Assembly: GCA_002009975.1 (NCBI GenBank)
Contig: MTLP01000038.1
Coordinates: 1 to 36,693 of the forward strand
DNA length: 36,693 bases
Reading direction: 5' to 3'
From: Thermococcus sp. JdFR-02
Lineage (GTDB): Archaea > Methanobacteriota_B > Thermococci > Thermococcales > Thermococcaceae
Shown here: piece by piece, positions 27,357-33,585 of the stretch
Layout of the letters: every line of letters begins with the position of its first letter
Position numbering within the stretch: the first letter of the stretch is position 1
Program-made: the position numbers and the translations under genes
The notes under the pieces: model-generated
Told to the model about the DNA's origin: nothing
Databases searched by the model: none
Seen by the model: only the letters and a program-made list of their open reading frames with translations

Positions 27357-28352
27357 CTACATTCTAATAACAATCTCTCTTCTGCGTCCTTTTCTCCTAA
27401 TGCTGCCTTCAAGGATTAAAACTCGCGCACCTAATCTCTGGAGCTTTCTCATGTAATTATCGAGATCCACGTTAGCTCCAACATCAAGGACTACTGCAAT
27501 AACTTCATCAAAATAGTCCACATAGTCCATAACTTGTCCTACAAGACGCTGAAGCTTACTTCTGCTTTCAGCAATTTTAAGCTCAATGCCAACTTCGTTG
27601 CTAATAGCAATGTCAATCTTCTGATCTCCTACAGGTACTTGCCTCCTCACATTACTCCCCAAGCGAGCTCTTAAGAACTGGTACAGCTGCTTTTCAAAAT
27701 CCTCCTCATCTCTAACAGTTTCTGGTCTAAAATCAGCGAGAATGTCAAAGATATCAATCTCCCTTTCAACTTCTTCTTCAAATTCATATTCTTCCTCTTC
27801 AAGAGCTTCCTCTTCCAAAGGTTCTTCAACAGAGATGGTTTCTATCTCTTCAGCTTCCTCTCCAAATATTTCAATTTTGTATCTGTTCAACTCTTCTTGT
27901 TTCCTCTTTTTGAATTCCTCAAGTTTTGCAAAAGCAGAATCTGCCCATCTTTCTAAACTTTCAATGATATTCTTGTAACGCAGTTTATAACGTCTTCCAA
28001 TGTCTTTAACATCATCTAAATCAAGGTGCGAAGCCATTACATCAACAAGTTCTTCCTTGTTGCGAATCTTATATCTCTTCTTTTCTCCATTCACAGTTAC
28101 AACACGATAAGTAGGAATGCTCTTGGCAGCGCATATACTTTCTAACTGCTTCATCTTAAGTTGAGCCAAGATTTCTTTCTTAGCTTCAAACTCACGCCTT
28201 CTATATTCAGAATTGACCGAATCTTCTATCTTCTTAATTTCCATTCTAATTTCGAGGGCTTTCTTTTGATATTTTGCCTCTTTTGCAACTCTATCAGCAG
28301 CTTTCTTTGCGGCCTCCCCAACCTTCTTAAGAGTATCGAAGAGTCCCATCAT
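27357..28352 (-). CDS. Coiled-coil/SAP-like N-terminus + C-terminal PD-(D/E)XK nuclease
   Basis: RBS GGAGGG; EEDFEKQLYQFL...KIDIAI...GIELK...LVGQVMDY; acidic linker. Confidence 0.8.
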   Translation of the reverse strand: MMGLFDTLKKVGEAAKKAADRVAKEAKYQKKALEIRMEIKKIEDSVNSEYRRREFEAKKEILAQLKMKQLESICAAKSIPTYRVVTVNGEKKRYKIRNKEELVDVMASHLDLDDVKDIGRRYKLRYKNIIESLERWADSAFAKLEEFKKRKQEELNRYKIEIFGEEAEEIETISVEEPLEEEALEEEEYEFEEEVEREIDIFDILADFRPETVRDEEDFEKQLYQFLRARLGSNVRRQVPVGDQKIDIAISNEVGIELKIAESRSKLQRLVGQVMDYVDYFDEVIAVVLDVGANVDLDNYMRKLQRLGARVLILEGSIRRKGRRREIVIRM

Positions 28353-28590
28353 AAACCCTCCAAGGTTAATATTTAACAAAGAATTATTACAACAAATAAA
28401 CGTTAATTACGTAATATTTGTTACTTTAATGTATAAGAAGATTTCGCTATTCCAGCTGAAAAAGCCTAAAATTCGGGATATTATATCACAAAGATTTTAT
28501 ACAACAGTCGCTCATTAAAAAATGTTAGGATTCATAACAATAAATAAGAAGAACTTTAATGCTAAAATCAGCTTTGGGGGCGGGCGGGCC

Positions 28591-28971
28591 ATGCAAGAAA
28601 AAGAACAGGAACGGATAGTTGAACCTCTAGCAAAATTTCATGTGAAAGTTACCCGTGCAGGTCAATTCACGTTTCCATATTATACTAGAGTATATTACAA
28701 TTTGGGCATTGGAGATTTCGTTGAGTTAATTGTAAGGACTAAAGATAACACATTACGTGGCTTTTTTATTGCAAGGCTTGGAGACAAAGCAGTAGTAACA
28801 ATTCCTGCCGAGATTAGGGCAAAATTAGATATTCATCAAGGTAATGTTGTTGAAATCATCTTAGTCAGATATTATCGTCTTTCAGACATCCTCGGAGACA
28901 GGTTAAAGGTTCTTGAAGAGCTTGCTCTCAAAGGCTATAAAATCATCACACCTAAGGAGGGTGTTGCATGA
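28591..28971 (+). CDS. Tandem AbrB/SpoVT DNA-binding protein
   Basis: EPLAKFHVKVTRAGQFTFP...GDFVELIV / KAVVTIPAEIRAKLDIHQGNVVEI. Confidence 0.85.
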   Translation: MQEKEQERIVEPLAKFHVKVTRAGQFTFPYYTRVYYNLGIGDFVELIVRTKDNTLRGFFIARLGDKAVVTIPAEIRAKLDIHQGNVVEIILVRYYRLSDILGDRLKVLEELALKGYKIITPKEGVA

Positions 28972-29330
28972 GTGAGAAAGAAAAATATGTTCCTATTGAT
29001 GTGTTACTTCCCGCTGATATCTCTGATTGGTTGGAAGAAACAGCAAAAAAGAAGGGGTTAGACCCAAGTGAATTTCTTTCAGCAATAATAAAAGAGGGTC
29101 TGGACAATATTGAAAAATATGAGAAAGCTATAAAGCTCTTTACAGAGGCAATGAAGCTTGAGGAACAATTATTTAAGAAATATGATGAAATTATGGAACT
29201 TTTTGACTTAAAATCTTATGCAGAACTCTATGACTTGAAAATGAAGCTTCTTGTATTCATGTCAGCGTTAACCCCACCAGAGGAAATGAAGAAAATCTTC
29301 AAACAAAAACAAAATGAGGGGGAGAAATGA
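28968..29330 (+). CDS. RHH/CopG-like DNA-binding protein with helical extension
   Basis: IDVLLPADISDWLEETAKKKGLDPSEFLSAIIKEGL; RBS GGAGGGTG; ATGA overlaps on both sides. Confidence 0.75.
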   Translation: MSEKEKYVPIDVLLPADISDWLEETAKKKGLDPSEFLSAIIKEGLDNIEKYEKAIKLFTEAMKLEEQLFKKYDEIMELFDLKSYAELYDLKMKLLVFMSALTPPEEMKKIFKQKQNEGEK

Positions 29331-29764
29331 CTAACGGGCAAATAATAGAGCCTCTAGCAAAATTCCATTCAAGCATAAATATTAAAGGACAGTTAGTTGT
29401 TCCTGCTAAGGATAGGGAGATTTTTGGCTTAAATAAGGGAGATTATCTTGAGATTATTGTCAGATCATTTAAAGTCGTTGATGGAAAGCTGAAGATACTA
29501 AAAAGGGCTTACGTTGTTGTAAGACTCAGCTCCAAGGGTTTAATCACAATTCCTGAAGAAGTGAGGAAAGAGCTAAACATTTCTCCTGGCGATACTGTTG
29601 AAATATTAATCGTAGGTTATCATAAGTTTGAGGAGTTAGTTAGCGAGAGAGGTAAGCAGTTATTGGACAATTTCACCCATGTTTTTGATCACTCTATTCT
29701 CACAACAAAAATAAATAATGATAACGTCATAAACCTCTATAGGAGGCATTACGATGACCACTAA
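29327..29764 (+). CDS. Tandem AbrB/SpoVT DNA-binding protein (C-terminus probably replaced)
   Basis: EPLAKFH..INIKGQLVVPAKDR..GLNKGD / SSKGLITIPEEVRKELNISPGDTVEI. Confidence 0.85.
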   Translation: MTNGQIIEPLAKFHSSINIKGQLVVPAKDREIFGLNKGDYLEIIVRSFKVVDGKLKILKRAYVVVRLSSKGLITIPEEVRKELNISPGDTVEILIVGYHKFEELVSERGKQLLDNFTHVFDHSILTTKINNDNVINLYRRHYDDH

Positions 29765-31040
29765 CGCACCCATAGTAAAAACAAGAAAAGAATTCTGGAG
29801 TCTGATGGAAAGGCATGTTTCAAAGACATATTATCACCTAATTGAAGAGGTTAGGCTACCCTATGAGCACAATTACCTAAAGTCCTACCTGATTGAGGTT
29901 AATTCCCTTGATCCTCGAGAAATTCCAATGTACATACGCCAGATCAAACTAAGACAAACCGAGCTTTTTGCTGAGGTAATCCCAACTGACGATCCTCGTC
30001 TGTATAATGTAATACTCATGGCAAGAACAAGACGAAAAGATAAAATCTCAATTAAAAAGGCAGTATTTTACCTTGAGATATCCCCTCAATCTCCACGCTT
30101 TTGGGTATTCCACACCATCGAAAAGAGCCAGATAACTGACTACTTATTAAAATACCTAATCCTAAAACCTGGCTCAAGGCTAGATAGTCCCTGGTTTTCA
30201 ACACCCCTCCTTTTAGACTTTAGCGAAAAACTCGGAGAGCTAAGAGGATTAGGAATCCAATACAAGTACTCAGAAGTGTTTGGAAATGGGTTTGAAGAAG
30301 AGACTAACGAAGACAAAGACAGAGATTTTGAGGAACTCCCCGAAGGTGTCATCTCGCCTGAAGATATTCCTTTCACAGAGGGAATATTCGCCACCGAGTT
30401 CACAATGAGAATTTGGGGAGAAGTCAGCGGGAGAATCCTGAAGAAATTCATAGAAGACGAAGACCTCCAGAAACTCTCCTCAATTTCCAGCATTGGAATA
30501 AAACGCAAAGAAGACCGTGGAGACTTCATAATCGAAGATATAACCTTTTGGGGTAAATTCCTCAGCAGGGGTACTTCATTCTTGGAACACATCAAAACAA
30601 TTCAAGAGATAGAAAGCAGGTATTTTAGAGTCCTGTCCAAAAAAATAGAAACCGAACTACTCTCCGCTGAAAAGAGCAACTTTGGATATCGCCCCAAAGG
30701 CTCACCCTTCATAATAACTCTGAAAAACACCGAACTAACAGACAATCCCAAGTTCTTTGACTCATTCGTGAACAAGATATTCTCTGGAAAACCACCATTT
30801 AGAATCTTCGGAATTAAGAGCAAAGTAGCAAAAGACGAATACGTCATATACGGAACTGACCTACACAACGGCGACCCAATAGAGCTTGAAGTAACGCCTG
30901 AATGGATTACACTCCATTTACGCTCTATCCCAAATAAGAACGTATGCGGAAACACCATCCTAAGATTCTTTACTAACATCCAAAGATATTATGATCCACA
31001 AGCAAAACTGGAGAGTGAGGAAAATGGCCCAATCTTCTAA
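29754..31040 (+). CDS. Hypothetical 428-aa alpha/beta protein, first of two-gene cassette
   Basis: RBS AGGAGG; long ORF with C-rich codon usage; acidic central loop; overlaps the next gene. Confidence 0.8.
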   Translation: MTTNAPIVKTRKEFWSLMERHVSKTYYHLIEEVRLPYEHNYLKSYLIEVNSLDPREIPMYIRQIKLRQTELFAEVIPTDDPRLYNVILMARTRRKDKISIKKAVFYLEISPQSPRFWVFHTIEKSQITDYLLKYLILKPGSRLDSPWFSTPLLLDFSEKLGELRGLGIQYKYSEVFGNGFEEETNEDKDRDFEELPEGVISPEDIPFTEGIFATEFTMRIWGEVSGRILKKFIEDEDLQKLSSISSIGIKRKEDRGDFIIEDITFWGKFLSRGTSFLEHIKTIQEIESRYFRVLSKKIETELLSAEKSNFGYRPKGSPFIITLKNTELTDNPKFFDSFVNKIFSGKPPFRIFGIKSKVAKDEYVIYGTDLHNGDPIELEVTPEWITLHLRSIPNKNVCGNTILRFFTNIQRYYDPQAKLESEENGPIF

Positions 31041-31995
31041 AGATATCTCCACAAGTACATACCTGACTAATGTCGCCCTAAGACTAGCGAAACGGAAAGA
31101 TAGCCCACTGCGAAAGTACAATTATGAGATTGACATCATAGATTTAACCGATGATATCATTAATCCTGACGTTGTTTTAACGTCATTTGATTATGGCCAC
31201 AGCATTCTATTTGAGTGCAAATCCCAATCCCTCAAAGAGAAACAGCTAAAGAATTATTGGGATTTCATTCAGAATCCACAAATATTTCTACGTGCATTTA
31301 CCCTCGTCGATTATGGTCGGATGGACGACTATTACATTGATGTACCCATACTCACATTGTACTCTCAAATTTGTAATGATTCCCGACTTAAAAAGTACCC
31401 CCTTCCAGTTCTAGAACTGGATCAATCTACAAGCAAAATCTGTCTCGTATGTAACGACTTCCAGCCTGGACACATGTATCAAATCATGCACAAAATCTTC
31501 AACTGCATGGACGTACCTGAACAAATTCTTAAACTCCATACAGCCCACTACATAGATCCCAATGACGACTGCAGAGCCTTCGTAAAACGCCTTCTTGGGG
31601 AAGCCATCCTCACATTTCTGCTAAGTCAAGTGCCATCAGAAGTCAAAACAAAGCCCGCAGAGTCCAATGAAAAGGACATTAAACCCATCGAACTTGAGCC
31701 CGAGGAACTTGCCAAAATAATGTACGGCGACTTGTGGGGCTTAATTTCCCCACAAAAGCAAAAACAAATCCGAAACAAGATTTTGAGAGTGTTCAAAAGA
31801 CTAACCCACAGAGACAACAAGTACCTAAAAGGCATCGCAGAATTCCAAAAAGGAAAATTGATAATCAAAGCTGATGTCTCAACCCATGAAGCCATAAGAA
31901 AATTAGGGACACGTCTTGAAGCCTCTCTCGACTTCGTGATCAACGTAGTATGCAAAGGCAGAGAAACCACAATCGAAGAATTCATGAAGAGGTGA
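31024..31995 (+). CDS. PD-(D/E)XK nuclease-domain protein
   Basis: RBS GAGTGAGG; INPDVVL...ILFECKS...EKQLKNY in the N-terminal third. Confidence 0.72.
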   Translation: MAQSSKDISTSTYLTNVALRLAKRKDSPLRKYNYEIDIIDLTDDIINPDVVLTSFDYGHSILFECKSQSLKEKQLKNYWDFIQNPQIFLRAFTLVDYGRMDDYYIDVPILTLYSQICNDSRLKKYPLPVLELDQSTSKICLVCNDFQPGHMYQIMHKIFNCMDVPEQILKLHTAHYIDPNDDCRAFVKRLLGEAILTFLLSQVPSEVKTKPAESNEKDIKPIELEPEELAKIMYGDLWGLISPQKQKQIRNKILRVFKRLTHRDNKYLKGIAEFQKGKLIIKADVSTHEAIRKLGTRLEASLDFVINVVCKGRETTIEEFMKR

Positions 31996-32002
31996 ACTAA
32001 TT

Positions 32003-32395
32003 ATGAAAGATAAAGTCGAAATCCCAATTACTGTTGAATACTTCGGCGAAGACCCGCTATGGAAACATATAAGCTCAAAAGGGGAGCATAAAGAGGTAGA
32101 ACTCGCAGAGGGTATAAAACTCCGATACGATAGAACCGAGTTTAAACTGGCTTTAGGACATCCGCAAGTGGACTGGTTCTCATTAATAATCATCCCCTTT
32201 ATAGTCGGATATGTCGGGCACAGAACGTACCCATATATCGACAAGGCAATTGACAAATTAGTAGCCCTTATCAAGCAAGGATATATAAAAGCGGTTAAAA
32301 TAGGCGCGAGGAAGATATCCCCAATGCACTATTCAGAAGAAGAGCTCAAGCAGATAATCAAAGAAGCTATTGACGAATATATCAGAGGTGAGTAA
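32003..32395 (+). CDS. Hypothetical protein
   Basis: RBS GAGGTGA; one hydrophobic stretch; abuts the next gene. Confidence 0.7.
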   Translation: MKDKVEIPITVEYFGEDPLWKHISSKGEHKEVELAEGIKLRYDRTEFKLALGHPQVDWFSLIIIPFIVGYVGHRTYPYIDKAIDKLVALIKQGYIKAVKIGARKISPMHYSEEELKQIIKEAIDEYIRGE

Positions 32396-32791
32396 ATGAA
32401 AGAAGCCAAAGAACCACTGGCAAAGTTTCATGCACAGGTGTTATATAATGGTAGGATAAGTATCCCCGAAAATACTAGATTAAGATATGGTATTGAGAAG
32501 GGGGACTATGTAGAAATTATAATCAGGAAAGTAGGACTTAATAATGGACCAATCCTTGGAAGGGGGCATTTTGTTGCTAGGGTCTCAAATAAGGGGTTAA
32601 TCACAATCCCCAAAGGATTAAGATCCGAACTAAACATCAAGGAAAAGGATGTTGTTGAGATAGTTTTAATAGATTATTTTAAAATCACAGCTCTCCTCGG
32701 TAACAAATCCAAACGCCTCTCCAAAATCATCAAGAAGGGCTATGAGATTTTGGATGAAGAGTCTGAAAAAGAGCTTCTTATTTGGCATTAG
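32396..32791 (+). CDS. Tandem AbrB/SpoVT DNA-binding protein
   Basis: EPLAKFHAQVLYNGRISIPENTR..GIEKGD / SNKGLITIPKGLRSELNIKEKDVVEI. Confidence 0.88.
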   Translation: MKEAKEPLAKFHAQVLYNGRISIPENTRLRYGIEKGDYVEIIIRKVGLNNGPILGRGHFVARVSNKGLITIPKGLRSELNIKEKDVVEIVLIDYFKITALLGNKSKRLSKIIKKGYEILDEESEKELLIWH

Positions 32792-32816
32792 GGCTCCCTT
32801 TTCTTTTTCGTAGTTA

Positions 32817-32904
32817 TGTTCTATTTACAGAACAATAAATCCCATTAATTTAACAAAACATTTATATATTCTTGCAACTTAGTTGTAAATAGCAACTGAG
32901 TTGT
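32817..32904 (+). promoter_or_regulatory. Promoter of replication operon with palindromic operators
   Basis: TGTTCT-N6-AGAACA (32817-32834); TATA box TTTATATA (32861-32868); CAACTTAGTTG (32875-32885) and CAACTGAGTTG (32893-32903). Confidence 0.7.
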
Positions 32905-32918
32905 TAGAGGTGTTAATT

Positions 32919-33206
32919 ATGAATACAAACATACTCGCATACTATCAAGCACGAGTTATGAATGATGGGTATAGAATAACAATACCTTACACAACAAGAG
33001 AAAAGTACAACATAAGAGAGGGTGATTATGTAACTGTCAAGATAAAGAAACAACAAGAGGCAATTTTCACAGCAAAAGTATCATCCAAGGGGCTTATAGC
33101 AATCCCACAAAAAATCGTGAAAAAACTTGCCATTCTCCCAAATGACGTAATAGATGTCTCTCTTCTCGAATGTTACCACCCCCCAACGGTGATCCTAAAT
33201 GAGTGA
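32919..33206 (+). CDS. Tandem AbrB/SpoVT DNA-binding protein
   Basis: RBS GAGGTG; YRITIPYTTREKYNIREGDYV / SSKGLIAIPQKI..LAILPND. Confidence 0.85.
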   Translation: MNTNILAYYQARVMNDGYRITIPYTTREKYNIREGDYVTVKIKKQQEAIFTAKVSSKGLIAIPQKIVKKLAILPNDVIDVSLLECYHPPTVILNE

Positions 33207-33585
33207 AAATATCTCTCAAATTATTTCACTCCTTGAAAAGTATGGTATAACTGAGGAGGATTGGAACGGTTTGTATGCTACTCTTCTTCAGCTTGGCATA
33301 AAAGACAAAGCCGAAATCACAAGAGCAATTTACAACTACCTCATAGCAAAATACCCACAACACGTTGCTTTGGGTGTTCTAACAATCATCAGAGTCAAAT
33401 ACTTCAACGAACTCTTCGACAAAGCCTACTTCTTCAACGGTTATCACCTGAGCAAAACTGCACTCCTCGTTTTTGACGAGCTCACAAAGCCAAAACAAGA
33501 GAAAAAGATTCCCCCAAGCGAAATCCAGCCAATTGAGCCAGACCCAAGCACGATAGCATACTGGCTCAAGGAGGTGAAAACATGA
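33199..33585 (+). CDS. Hypothetical helical protein coupled to MCM
   Basis: RBS GGTGA; overlaps both neighbours (ATGA with MCM). Confidence 0.75.
   Translation: MSENISQIISLLEKYGITEEDWNGLYATLLQLGIKDKAEITRAIYNYLIAKYPQHVALGVLTIIRVKYFNELFDKAYFFNGYHLSKTALLVFDELTKPKQEKKIPPSEIQPIEPDPSTIAYWLKEVKT

Noticed and set aside
15290-28352. Integron-like cassette array or IS-mediated capture
   Set aside because: No recurrent attC-like sites, terminal inverted repeats or transposase were seen between cargo genes by eye; a self dot-plot would be needed to exclude weak repeats.
30140-30979. Minus-strand ORFs of 151 and 125 aa (and similar shadows at 20014, 34860, 35285, 35775)
   Set aside because: Ser/Phe-rich antisense shadows of long real genes, without RBS.
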